From: an uncultured Bacillota bacterium
GTDB lineage: Bacteria; Sysuimicrobiota; Sysuimicrobiia; Sysuimicrobiales; Segetimicrobiaceae
NCBI GenBank assembly: GCA_963804645.1
Contig: CAWDRG010000009.1
Location: 1,340,628-1,404,627, forward strand
Direction: 5' to 3'
Length of the DNA stretch: 64,000 bases
Shown: piece by piece, positions 51,698 to 61,723 of the stretch
Numbering within the stretch: position 1 is the first letter of the stretch
Layout: each line of letters starts with the position of its first letter
Translations under genes and position numbers: made by a program
Notes under the pieces: generated by a model
The model's input: the letters and a program-made list of their open reading frames with translations, nothing else
Databases searched by the model: none
What the model was told of the DNA's origin: nothing

Positions 51698-53251
51698 TCA
51701 GCGGCTCCAGGACGCGTCGAATGCCGGAATTTCCAGGTCCGGCCGCGGGGTGAAGTTCAGGTTGTTGCTCATCCCGGTCGCGTTGGGGGCGCTGAACAGC
51801 GTGAGGGCCGGGGCCTGGTCCTTGTACATCACCTGCAGGCGCTTGGAGACGTCCCGCATTTGCGCTTCGTTCGGAGCCGACTGCGCCTCCTCGATGAGCT
51901 GGTTGAAGGGGTCGTAGCCCGGCCGCCACTGGGACCATTCGCCGGGTGAGTAGAACGCGCGCAACGGGATGATGTAGCTGATCCCAAAGAAATCGGTGAA
52001 CCGCGTGAACCAGCCGTCCTCGGGCAGCTTCCGAGCTAGCACCGACTGCAGCTGCACGCCGATTTCCGAAATGTCCACGCGCGTGCGGACGCCGACCTGG
52101 TTCAGCTGGCTGGCGACCGCCTGCACGATGTCGCGGTCCCCGGGATAGGTGCCGACCGTCCCGCTGATGCTGAAGTCGAATCCGTTGGAGTAGCCCGCCT
52201 CGCGGAGCAGCGCGCGCGCCTTGTTCGGGTCGTAGGTGAACGGCTGGACCGACGGATCGCAGGCCTCCATCACCGGGGTACAAAACGTCGCGATCGGCGC
52301 GCCAACGTTGTGCAAAACGCTCGACACGATCGCTTGGCGGTCGATAGCGTAGTTCAACGCTTCTCGGACGCGGGGATCGGCGAGCGGCTTGTCCTTGGTG
52401 ATATTGACGAGGTTGTAAATGACGAAGAAGACGCTCAGGCTCTTGCCGACCACGAGCTTTGTCCTCGGCGACGTGGTGAGCGCGCTGAACAGCTCAGGCG
52501 GTAGCAGATTGGCCAATTGTACGGAGCCCGCCAGCAATTCCGCGACCCTCGGGGCGTCGGTCGGGATGACTCGAAAGACGACGTGGCTGATCTTCGGCCG
52601 GCCGCCCCAGTAGTCGGGGTTCGCCTCGAGCTCCATGCGGTCGTCCTTCACCCAACTGACAAAGCGGTAGGGGCCGGTCCCCACAGGGTGGCGCGCCAGC
52701 GCGTCGGGGCCGTTCTGCTTCAGATAGCCTGGGGGCACGATCATCCCGTAGTACCCGAGGAACCGCGGCAACTCAGGCCAGGGCTGCGAGGTGGCGATCC
52801 GCAGTGTGTTTTCGTCCACCACCGTCACCGACTTGATCAGGCGCAAATCCCCGGCGCCGGGCCAGTGCGTCGCCGGATCGAGCATCCGGTCGAACGTGAA
52901 CTTGACGGCGTCGGCGTTGAAGGGCTCGCCGTCCTGGAACTTCACACCCTGCCGCAGTTTGAACTCCCATGTAGTGGGATCAACAGTCCGCCAGGAGAGC
53001 GCCAGCCCGGGGTGCAGGTTCAGGTCGGCATCTCGGCGCACTAGCGTGTCGTAGACATTGACAAGGACGTTTACCGTTGCGGTCCCGGTGCTCTTTCCGG
53101 GGTCGGCCGTGTCCGGGTCGGCGCTCTGCGCCACCACCAGTGTCGGCGGCGTCTGCGCCTGGACCCGGAACGCGAGGCTTGAGCCGAGCGCGAGCACGAG
53201 CGCCAGAGCGAGTGCGCAGGCGGCGACCTGCCGACCTCTGCCGTGTATCAT
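51698..53251 (-). CDS. ABC peptide substrate-binding protein (family 5)
   Basis: Signal peptide; LRQGVKFQDG, PVGTGPY, DPRVREALNYAID; RBS GGGAGG before ATG 53251. Confidence 0.92.
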   Translation of the reverse strand: MIHGRGRQVAACALALALVLALGSSLAFRVQAQTPPTLVVAQSADPDTADPGKSTGTATVNVLVNVYDTLVRRDADLNLHPGLALSWRTVDPTTWEFKLRQGVKFQDGEPFNADAVKFTFDRMLDPATHWPGAGDLRLIKSVTVVDENTLRIATSQPWPELPRFLGYYGMIVPPGYLKQNGPDALARHPVGTGPYRFVSWVKDDRMELEANPDYWGGRPKISHVVFRVIPTDAPRVAELLAGSVQLANLLPPELFSALTTSPRTKLVVGKSLSVFFVIYNLVNITKDKPLADPRVREALNYAIDRQAIVSSVLHNVGAPIATFCTPVMEACDPSVQPFTYDPNKARALLREAGYSNGFDFSISGTVGTYPGDRDIVQAVASQLNQVGVRTRVDISEIGVQLQSVLARKLPEDGWFTRFTDFFGISYIIPLRAFYSPGEWSQWRPGYDPFNQLIEEAQSAPNEAQMRDVSKRLQVMYKDQAPALTLFSAPNATGMSNNLNFTPRPDLEIPAFDASWSR

Positions 53252-53586
53252 TGTCCGCACCTCCCGTTCATTCTCCTGGCCACCTTCGCGAGCGCAACTC
53301 CAGGCGGTGCCCACCGGCCGCCCAACAATGACCAATCACGCGGCGGGCACAGGAACGTTTCTTTGTGACCTCGTCATTTGCTCTGACCTCCCCCCAAGGA
53401 CGTCAGAGTGCGGGTAGGGAGCCGTTCGCGGTCAACCGGGTGCCTCCTTTTCGCCAACCAGCACGCTGAGCGCCGCGGTGGACTATGCCCTCATTTCGAG
53501 TACCCGTGCGATCCGGGGCCTGCGGCGGAGGTTGGCCGGCGGGAGCCAGCCCACTTGTGCCCGGTGAGACGGTACGATACGAGACG

Positions 53587-53600
53587 CCCTCCCGGCACCA
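53587..53600 (+). repeat. tRNA-Leu 3'-end copy 6 (partial)
   Basis: CCCTCCCGGCACCA, 14/14. Confidence 0.75.
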
Positions 53601-53630
53601 GGAATCACAGGAATCGGGCGTTCCTTTCTG

Positions 53631-54069
53631 TTAGTCGTTGCCTTCGTCTGTGAGACTCCGCGCCCACTCTACAATGCGTTGAGCTTGTTTGGCGCTCACC
53701 TGCGCGTCCTCGGGGCGGCACCGCCGCGCTTCGTATTCGACCGTATTTTTCTATCAATCAGTGCTTCAAGTTGCGTCGCAGCGCGCCGGGCGCCTTCATC
53801 ATCCGGCAGCAACTGACGAACGAGCCGAGGCTGGTCGGCATGAGTTTGGCTGGCCGAGCGAACCCCGGCGGATGCGACACATACGGCATCCGCAGCGGCG
53901 ATGGCAGTTGAATCGCCAGCGGGGCGGCAGTGTCCCAGCGTTCCGCCGAGAGAGCCTCGAGTGCTTCAGCTAGGTGTTGCTCTGCTTTTCTCAGATAGTT
54001 GGCACCTTGGGCCCGGGTTACTGTGCGGACGGGAACGGTCAGAGATTTTGATGGGCGTTTTTTATCCAC
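53631..54069 (-). pseudogene. HEPN-domain protein with 1-bp deletion near 53907
   Basis: YLRKAEQHLAEA...W.TAA.LAI, then shifted AIAAADAVC...H...LIDRKNTVEYE...IVEWAR. Confidence 0.7.
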
Positions 54070-54270
54070 GGCCGAGCACCTCGGCGAGGCTGGAACTGGC
54101 GAGGACTCGGCCCTGTGCGATGATTTCGCGGATCAGAGTATCTCGTCTGCGGAGGCGGCGCCGTACCTCATCTCGGCGAAGTACCAGGAGCGAGACAGGC
54201 CTTCCAAACCGTTCACTCATTTTGCCGCGGGTCTCATCGATTGTGTCCTGAAACCCCGGTGTACGATCTA
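54062..54270 (-). pseudogene. C-terminal fragment of an MNT-like nucleotidyltransferase
   Basis: ERFGRPVSLLVL...LIREIIAQGRVL; stop overlaps HEPN start; catalytic N-terminal half not seen. Confidence 0.55.
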
Positions 54271-54358
54271 AGCTGTTTGAACTTGCAACTACCAGCAGAT
54301 CTACGTCGTACCGACGCGAAAGCTGACCGACAGTCGACGACGAGCCCTGTGAAATTAA

Positions 54359-54745
54359 TTATGGTCGCACAATGGCTGCAAGAAGAATCCGCATGAATGT
54401 GAAATAAGCGAAGATCCACCAAAGAACTGCGGTCAATTGGAGCACGCTCCCCCTGAGGATTGGAAAGCGCCCCAACACCTGTTGGCGATATCGGGTCGCG
54501 ACGACGTAACTAATGATCACAGGCGGAATGATGAGCGGCAACACGAGTACGAGAAGGTCCCTGATCACTACCGGACCTAGCCCCGAAAGGCCGTGCTGTA
54601 CAGCGTCGTTCAGTTGTGCTTGCTGGCTCGAATGCATGCGACCGTCCCAATTTGGTTCGTCAATATCCGATCCCCGTACACCGACTATCATGCCCACCGC
54701 CCCAAAGAGAGCGACCAAGTTGACGGCTTGTTTCCAGTTCGGCAA
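54359..54745 (-). CDS. Hypothetical membrane protein
   Basis: Three hydrophobic segments; lower GC; no recognised motif. Confidence 0.4.
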   Translation of the reverse strand: MPNWKQAVNLVALFGAVGMIVGVRGSDIDEPNWDGRMHSSQQAQLNDAVQHGLSGLGPVVIRDLLVLVLPLIIPPVIISYVVATRYRQQVLGRFPILRGSVLQLTAVLWWIFAYFTFMRILLAAIVRP

Positions 54746-54991
54746 CCTTGGGGCTTTCTATTCGACACAATGACATACAAGGAAGGAATGCAAGTGAGAA
54801 ACTGGAAAGCCCGGCTTAGGAATAAAGGAAGTGACGGGTCGACGGCGAATCTCATATTATCCCAGCGTTTACGAATCGGCGGAGCTCGGGGTGGGGAGTT
54901 CGACACCGCCCGACGATTATCGTCGTGTGGGGGCACGTACGCGCGTGGAAGACAACGATTGAACCATTCGAAATGCAGAGGAGAGTGGACC

Positions 54992-55465
54992 ATGAGTCAG
55001 CAGGAGACCATGCGACAGCAACTGGAGAACAGCCACGGGGCCATGTTAGCCGCATCGGAGGGCATGTCGGCGGACGAGATGGCCCGCATTCTGGCCCCGG
55101 GTTTGGCGCCGGTGATCTGGCAGTTCGGCCACCTCGCGACCGCAGAAGCAGGGATCGGCGGGTTTGCCGGCGGAAAATTCGCGCCGCCCAAGGAGTTCTC
55201 CGAGTTGTTCGGACAGGGCACCGGGACGGGGCCCGCGCGCTACCCCGCGTTCGGCCAGGTCAAGGAGGCGTTTGACGGCGCCAACCAGGCGCTCGTCAAG
55301 ATCGCCCTCGAGGCCGATTACGAGACTCCGCTGGACACGCCGCTGAGCAAGTATTTCGGGACCGTCGGGGGGATGTTGACGTTTCTCCTCTACCATCGGG
55401 GCTGGCACATGGGGAAAGTGACCACGCTGCGCACGATGCTCGGAAAAGCCAGGCTGTTTGGGTAG
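54992..55465 (+). CDS. DinB family protein
   Basis: WQFGHLA..E and HRGWHMG His triad; RBS GAGGAG. Confidence 0.82.
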   Translation: MSQQETMRQQLENSHGAMLAASEGMSADEMARILAPGLAPVIWQFGHLATAEAGIGGFAGGKFAPPKEFSELFGQGTGTGPARYPAFGQVKEAFDGANQALVKIALEADYETPLDTPLSKYFGTVGGMLTFLLYHRGWHMGKVTTLRTMLGKARLFG

Positions 55466-55660
55466 ACGGTTGTCCGGGGGCCCGGAGGGCCTCGCGGCGC
55501 CCCGGGCCGCCATTGTCGTCACACCCTAGCCACGCTGGCCAGCGCGTCGGGCGTCGTGACAATATGCCCATCGGTGCCAATCCGGAAACGCTGGCGCTGA
55601 TGCGGGGATGGCCGAGCGCGCGCTGACGGGGTAGGGGGCGAAACTACCGAGATCGGCCGC

Positions 55661-56476
55661 ATGGTGGCGCTCCCGACACGCCGTGCGCTCGGTCCCGCAG
55701 CGTTATCCCCGACGATCTCTGAGCCCAACTCGAGCCGCTCCTCCCTCCCGAAAAGCCACCCGGGACTCCCGGGCGTACGGTGGTACCCTTCCGCCAGGTC
55801 GTGGACGGCATCCTGAATGTGCTCCGCACGGGCTGTCAATGGAAGGCGTTGCCCAGGGAATATGGGTCCGGCTCCACATGCCACCGGCGCTTTCAGGCAT
55901 GGGTCGACGCCGGCGTCTTCGAGCGGCTGTGGGGGTACGCTGCTGGCCCGGTACGACGAACTCCGAGGGATCCAGTGGCGCTGGCAATCGCTGGACAGCA
56001 CCATGGTCAAGGCACCGTTGGGGGGCTCACACAGGCCCGAATCCGACGGCAAGGTCGGGACGAAGCGCCACACGCTGACCGATCAACGCGGCGCCCCGCT
56101 CGCCATCGTGGTCACCGGGGCCAACTGCCATGACATGAAAGCGGCGACGGCCACCCTGGATAGCCTCCCTATCCAGCGGCCCCGGCCGACGCCGGAGCAT
56201 CCGCAGCATCTGTGCCTCGACAAAGGGTACGACCACCCGGAGATCGAGGTGGCCGTGCGGAAGCGGCACTACGTCCCCCATATGCGTCATCGCGGTGAAT
56301 GCCTCCCGAGCCGACGGCGGCATCCGGCGCGGCGCAGGGTCGTTGAACGCACGGGCGCCTGGCACAACCGGTTCCGGAAACTCCTCGTCCGCTACGAAAA
56401 GCGGATGGAAGATTACCGAGGGTTGGTGCATTTCGCATGTGCTCTCATCGTCTACCGGCTAACGGCCTTGGGGTAG
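55661..56476 (+). pseudogene. IS5-family transposase pseudogene
   Basis: GILNVLRTGCQWKALP, STCHRRFQAW, LCLDKGYD, VVERT..W.NRFRKL..RYEK; premature TGA at 55720 and frameshift in G-run near 55931. Confidence 0.88.
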
Positions 56477-56483
56477 GTGCTTA

Positions 56484-56867
56484 TCACCGGTCGACGATCT
56501 TCCAGTAGGAGTCCTTCCTGACGATCTTGCCGTTACGGAATTCGAAGTGATCGCAACCGCGGACCTCTACGCGCTGGCCGTCCGGCGTCGTGCCCGTAAG
56601 TAGCCACTCGGAGACGCCTTTCGTTCCGCATACCCAGTGGCTGTCCTGCCCATAGTGGACGTCCGGAAGGCCCGCAAACCGGCTGGCGAGTCCCTCGCGG
56701 ACCTGGTCCTTTCCGACAAGCCGCCGTCCCCACGCCTGAGGACCACGCGGCATCTCCAGGACGCAGTCGTCCGCAAAGAACGCCATGATCGCACCCAGGT
56801 CGTGGCGATTGAACGCTTCGAGAATTCGCTCCAGGGTGTCGACAGTTACCTCGTCGCCGTGCGTCAT
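56484..56867 (-). CDS. SnoaL/NTF2-like protein
   Basis: AFNRHD..AIM.FF..DC, RF.GLPDVHY, VRGCD, KDSYWK. Confidence 0.88.
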   Translation of the reverse strand: MTHGDEVTVDTLERILEAFNRHDLGAIMAFFADDCVLEMPRGPQAWGRRLVGKDQVREGLASRFAGLPDVHYGQDSHWVCGTKGVSEWLLTGTTPDGQRVEVRGCDHFEFRNGKIVRKDSYWKIVDR

Positions 56868-57197
56868 GTGTCGCTGATTCCATGGTTGTCGCTGGATTAC
56901 CTATGCGGGATGAGAAGGCAACCGTGGGCGACCCATGGGGGTCGGTGAAGCAAACACAGTAAAGGCGGTGCACCGGCGGCCCCTGGAGGAGCTAGCGAAG
57001 CTCGGTCTCCCAATGAACGAAGGGAAGAGCCGATTGGTGGATCTGGTCGGTCGTTGACCCCCTGTGAGGTTACGCACAGTTTCCCGATTCGTACCGTGCT
57101 ACGCTTTGCCTAAGAGATTGTCCTCACAAGTTTCATGGCGAGGAAGAATCACGCTCAATAGAGTCGAGCGTATCCGAGATGAGAGGCGGAAACGCCA

Positions 57198-57347
57198 GTG
57201 TTATGGACGGTGTTCGCGGTCCTGGTCGTATTGTGGCTGTTCGGGTTCGGTATGCATGTCGGGGGCAACCTGATTCACGTGCTGCTGGTGTTCGCGTTGA
57301 TTGTGCTGGTCTTCAACCTGTTTAGTGGTCGTCGGGCGCTGACGTAG
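57198..57347 (+). CDS. lmo0937/DUF5670-like small membrane protein (49 aa, absent from the ORF track)
   Basis: MLWTVFAVLVVLWLFGFGMHVGGNLIHVLLVFALIVLVFNLFSGRR family pattern. Confidence 0.85.
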   Translation: MLWTVFAVLVVLWLFGFGMHVGGNLIHVLLVFALIVLVFNLFSGRRALT

Positions 57348-57576
57348 GCAACTTGATGAAGGGAATGGAATGATCTCGGTCGGACCATGCGCTCCGGTAG
57401 GTGCTGGGCAACAACAAGAGGCGTTTGACATCATGAACAAAGATCAAGTTGGCGGGAAGCCGGACGGTCTAAGACGTGGTCGTGCCGCCGCTCGCCACCA
57501 TGGCCGGTGTATTGTCGGCCATGCGTGAGAGCGTCAACTGGATGCGACTGAAACGCGACACAAGGGAGGATGGAAC

Positions 57577-57909
57577 ATGAGCGAACGAGGGAGTTTTGCG
57601 GTGGGGCTGATATTGGGTGGAGCGGTTGGCGTCGCGCTCGGTATGCTGGTCGCGCCGGTGCCCGGGCGTGAGACGCGCGAAAAGCTGCGGCGCAAAGGTG
57701 GGCAGCTACGGGACCGCGCGCGCGAGCACGCTGCCTCCGTGGCGGACGATGTAGCCGACCGGCTTCGGGTCAACGCCGACGATGTGATGACGCGCGTGCG
57801 CTCGATGGCGGGCGACGTGATCGACCGCGGACGGTCGGTCGTCGAGGAGCGAGCTGGGCATCTGCCCGACGCGTTCGAGTCCGGAAAGGACACGGTGCTC
57901 GGCAGGTAG
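57577..57909 (+). CDS. YtxH-like general stress protein
   Basis: F..GLILGGAVG..LG.L.AP..G.ETREKL; RBS GGGAGG. Confidence 0.85.
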   Translation: MSERGSFAVGLILGGAVGVALGMLVAPVPGRETREKLRRKGGQLRDRAREHAASVADDVADRLRVNADDVMTRVRSMAGDVIDRGRSVVEERAGHLPDAFESGKDTVLGR

Positions 57910-58118
57910 GGCGATCCGCGACGCACTGACAATTCCGGATGTTGAGATGCCGGGGCTGACCGCGTCGTGGCCGCAAAGGCAAGTAAATGGTCATCCCGCA
58001 ACCGGGCGAATACGACCAATGCCACAAGATAAACGATGCTACCGGATCCTGTCTGTCGTGTATCGACTAGTGTCGGGGACGCCCACGGTGGGCGCGGGTA
58101 CATCTTACTGAACACGGG

Positions 58119-58138
58119 AACTCCCCCTCCCGGCACCA
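58119..58138 (+). repeat. tRNA-Leu 3'-end copy 7 (att-like)
   Basis: AACTCCCCCTCCCGGCACCA, 19/20. Confidence 0.9.
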
Positions 58139-58458
58139 CCGCTTCCGAAGCTCTCATACAAGTTCAGCAGCCCCGTGACGACTGACGTGCAGGCACGCAC
58201 CGGCGGGTCTGGGCTGCAGGAAAACGGTGCGGAGCTCTCCAATACAAGACATGGAAACTCCGGCTCTAACGGTGCGAACCGACGCATTCTGGATGGAGCC
58301 TGGGGGTCCAGAAATATTGCCCGCCCTCGAGATCAAGCAACCTCGGTTCTTATCTAGCACGCGCTGGCAGACCTGATTCTCGGGCCTGCCAGTGTGCTAG
58401 CTGGAATATTTGATGGCGAACGGGTAGCCGAGGCTCCGACTACGAGGGAGGTGTAGAC

Positions 58459-60234
58459 ATGCGTGCGGTCCGTCGAACGTCTGCTCTGCTGCTCGGTTTG
58501 TGTGCCCTCGTTGTGCTTAGCCTCACGGCCACGATATTTGCCCAACCAGTCATCAAGAACCCCGACACGCTGGTGATCGTGCGGATCAATTCGCCGGAGA
58601 GTCTGGACCCGGCGTGGGCCAACGACATCTACAGTCGCGAGCCGATCGCCTATATGGTCTACGAACCCCTGATCTTCTTTGATGGGGGGTCCACGAGCCG
58701 CTACATTCCGATGCTCGCGACGAATGTGCCATCCGTACAAGACGGCACGATTTCCAAGGATCTCAGGACCTACACGTTTCACATTCGGAAGGGTGTGAAG
58801 TTCCACGACGGCTCGGTCATGACGCCGGACGACGTTAAGTACTCGATTATGCGCTTTGCGTTGGTTGATCGGGACAGTGGCGGGTCGTGGATCGTGCTGA
58901 CACCGTTGATCGGGCGGGACGGCACGCGCGATGCCAATGACAAACTGATCCCCACAGTGTTCGCCGAGATGGACCGGGCGATTCAGGTGAAGGGCAACGA
59001 CGTCGTGTTCACACTCAAGGAGCCGTACAGCGGCTTTCTCTCGATCATGGCGTCGTTCTCGCTGGTACACTCTAAGGCCGCGGTGGTGCGGGCCGGGGGA
59101 TGGAATGGCACGGGCGACACCGTCGCGAAATACAACAATCCCGCGAGCCCCGACAAGATGGAGCTGTTCCAACAGGATGCCGGCACCGGTCCTTTCCGGT
59201 TGACCAGTTGGAACCGGTCGGTGAACCAAATCGTGCTGGAGCGGTGGGACGGCTACTGGCGCGCCCCGGCTAAGTTGCGCCAGTTGGTGTTCAAGGTCGT
59301 GGCGGACTTCCCCGCCCGCCGGTTGATGCTGACGACCGGCGACGCCGATATCATCGAGGCGGGGTATCCGGACCTGACGTCGGTGCGGGGCGCGGCCGGC
59401 GTCCGCATCATCGAGAACGTCCCGCAGCTGTTTACGCAGTCTTTCTTCATGAACCTCAAGATCAATCCCGAGGGCAACCCGGACGTCGGCAGCGGCAAGC
59501 TAGATGGAAACGGCATCCCGCCGGACTTCTTCTCCGATATCCACGTCCGACGCGGTATCGCGTACACGTTCGACTACGCCACGTACTGGGGCACCGCTTG
59601 GAATGGAAAGATGATAGCCGGTAACGGCCCAGTGCCGGCGGGGCTGCTCGGGTACGACGTCCGCAACCCGTGGTACCAGACAGATCGGGATAAGGCGGTC
59701 GCGGAGTTCAAGCAGGCCTGGGGCGGTCAGGTGTGGGACAAGGGCTTCAGCTTCACAGAGACATTTAACGCGGGCAGCCCCCACCGCATAATCGGGACGC
59801 GCATTCTTAAGGAGAACCTCGAGTCACTGAACCCCAAGTTCCGACTCGACATCCGGTCGCTCCCCGGGCCGAGCTACTTCCCGAACATCTCGGCGCACAA
59901 GGGGACCCTGTACTGGCTCGGGTTCGGCGTCGATTTTGCGGATCCGGACGACTTCGTCGCGGCGTACATGCACAGCGGGACGAACTATGCGCCGCAGTAC
60001 GGGTACTCGAACCCCGCGCTCGACAAGCTGATCGAACAGGCGCGGACGGAGACGGTCACCGCGAAGAGGGCCGATCTCTACCGCCAAATTCAGAAGATCG
60101 GGTACGACGACGTGCCCGTCGTGTATCTTGGATATGGCACGGTACCGATCGTGTACAGGGACTGGGTGCACGGCTGGTACACGAACGCGATGTTTGCGCT
60201 GGCGTGGTACTACTATCCGATCAGCAAGCAGTAG
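58459..60234 (+). CDS. ABC peptide substrate-binding protein (family 5)
   Basis: Signal peptide; ESLDPA, IRKGVKFHDG, GTGPF; RBS GGAGGTG. Confidence 0.92.
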   Translation: MRAVRRTSALLLGLCALVVLSLTATIFAQPVIKNPDTLVIVRINSPESLDPAWANDIYSREPIAYMVYEPLIFFDGGSTSRYIPMLATNVPSVQDGTISKDLRTYTFHIRKGVKFHDGSVMTPDDVKYSIMRFALVDRDSGGSWIVLTPLIGRDGTRDANDKLIPTVFAEMDRAIQVKGNDVVFTLKEPYSGFLSIMASFSLVHSKAAVVRAGGWNGTGDTVAKYNNPASPDKMELFQQDAGTGPFRLTSWNRSVNQIVLERWDGYWRAPAKLRQLVFKVVADFPARRLMLTTGDADIIEAGYPDLTSVRGAAGVRIIENVPQLFTQSFFMNLKINPEGNPDVGSGKLDGNGIPPDFFSDIHVRRGIAYTFDYATYWGTAWNGKMIAGNGPVPAGLLGYDVRNPWYQTDRDKAVAEFKQAWGGQVWDKGFSFTETFNAGSPHRIIGTRILKENLESLNPKFRLDIRSLPGPSYFPNISAHKGTLYWLGFGVDFADPDDFVAAYMHSGTNYAPQYGYSNPALDKLIEQARTETVTAKRADLYRQIQKIGYDDVPVVYLGYGTVPIVYRDWVHGWYTNAMFALAWYYYPISKQ

Positions 60235-60311
60235 CGAGCATCGAGCCACAACGCGGATGCGTCGGCGTGGCACCGCGTCAGCGGAGCCGGTCTCGCGAAG
60301 GAGTACCGGTG

Positions 60312-61301
60312 ATGTCTAAAGGCGCAGGACGCGTCGTGCTGGATCGATTTGACAGCTACGCGCTTCGGGGCAACCCGCACGGAGACCCGCACGTGCGGAC
60401 GATTCCCGTGTACCTGCCGCCGAGCTATGAGACGTCGCGCGAACGGTACCCCGTCATTTTTTGGTGCCACGGGTTCGCGCAGACGGCGCTTTGGGGGGTC
60501 AATGGGAGCCCGGGGATTCCGTCGTTGGGCATGTGCATGGATCGCGCGATCGCCGCGGGTGCGCCCGAGACCATACTAGTCATGATCGACGCGTTTACAC
60601 GCTTCGGTGGGTCGCTGTACCTCAACTCGCCGGCCAATGGTCAGTATGAGGACTACATTATCAACGAGTTGATCCGGTACATCGACCGAACCTACCGGAC
60701 ACTCCCCAACCGGGACCACCGGGCGGTGGACGGCAAGTCGAGCGGCGGGTTCGGGGCGCTCGCGCTTGCAATGCGCCATCCGGAGCACTTCAGCGCCGTC
60801 GGCTCGCACAGCGGCGACATCTACTTCGAGGCCGCCTACCGTCCGTTGTTCTGGGAGTTCCTGAATCAGGTGCATCGCTCCGGCAGCGTAGAGAAGTTCC
60901 TTGACGACTATCTCGCGCGGCCGAAGCGATACGACGCAGCGTACATCCCAGCGCTGTCGATGTGTTTCTCGCCGAACCCCGCTCGGCCTCCGTACTACTT
61001 TGATCTGCCGATGGATCTCGTGACCGGCGAGTTGGTGCCAGAAGTGTGGGCGCGGTGGATCGCGCTCGATCCGGTGTCGCTGGCGGAGTCCTGCACCGAC
61101 GCGCTCCGCGCGATGCGGGTCATCTACCTGGACTGCGGCAATCGCGATCAGTACTACCTGCATTTCGGTGCGCGGCTGCTCTCGCGCAAACTGACGAGCC
61201 TCGGCATCGCGCACGACTATTTTGAGTACGACGACGACCATCTGTACGTAAACTACCGGTACCCGGAGTCGCTTCGCCGCCTCGCCGCCGCCATCGCCTG
61301 A
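60312..61301 (+). CDS. Alpha/beta-hydrolase esterase (Fes-like family)
   Basis: VYLPPSY, nucleophile elbow GKSSGG, YLDCG..D, C-terminal His. Confidence 0.88.
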   Translation: MSKGAGRVVLDRFDSYALRGNPHGDPHVRTIPVYLPPSYETSRERYPVIFWCHGFAQTALWGVNGSPGIPSLGMCMDRAIAAGAPETILVMIDAFTRFGGSLYLNSPANGQYEDYIINELIRYIDRTYRTLPNRDHRAVDGKSSGGFGALALAMRHPEHFSAVGSHSGDIYFEAAYRPLFWEFLNQVHRSGSVEKFLDDYLARPKRYDAAYIPALSMCFSPNPARPPYYFDLPMDLVTGELVPEVWARWIALDPVSLAESCTDALRAMRVIYLDCGNRDQYYLHFGARLLSRKLTSLGIAHDYFEYDDDHLYVNYRYPESLRRLAAAIA

Positions 61302-61399
61302 ACGCGGCGGTGGGACGTGAGTGCGTCAGGAGACACTGTTGGCAGTCCGCTACCGCAACCACGGGCAACGCGACCGACCGATGGTGGCGTGTCAGTGTC

Positions 61400-61700
61400 C
61401 GCTCGCGATGTCCGCCCGGGTGTCAATCATCTACGCGGACGTCAATCCCGCCGATTACGCGCCGGTAGACGCCGACGCAATCGTGTGGAGGGTGCTCGAC
61501 TCGCCGCAGTTCGGCCCGGGATCCATTGTCGATCTCCACGGCGGCTCGGGACCGAAGATAACGCGGCGCGCCTGGCGGGGCCCGTGCCGATGATCGAAGC
61601 ACTCCTGCGGATTATTGATCGGTTGCGGGTCCGCGGGCTCGAGCCGGTGGGCCTCGACGAGTTCGCGTTTGACCGTCCGTGTTTGTGGCCATCCGAGAGA
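61400..61700 (+). pseudogene. Polysaccharide deacetylase (NodB) C-terminal fragment, frameshifted
   Basis: DVNPADY...IV.RVL...PGSIVDLH, then shifted IEAL.RIIDRLR.RGLEPV.L.E. Confidence 0.6.
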
Positions 61701-61723
61701 CGTGCGCGAGGCGGGGTGTGTTC

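Noticed and set aside
54880..54950. tRNA-like GGAGTTCGAC segment
   Set aside because: Could not fold a cloverleaf or find an acceptor stem.
33589..58138. The 20-bp direct repeats as a CRISPR array or integron attC sites
   Set aside because: Spacing is 1-11 kb, the sequence is the tRNA 3' end, there is no attC-type palindrome, and no cas or intI gene is seen.
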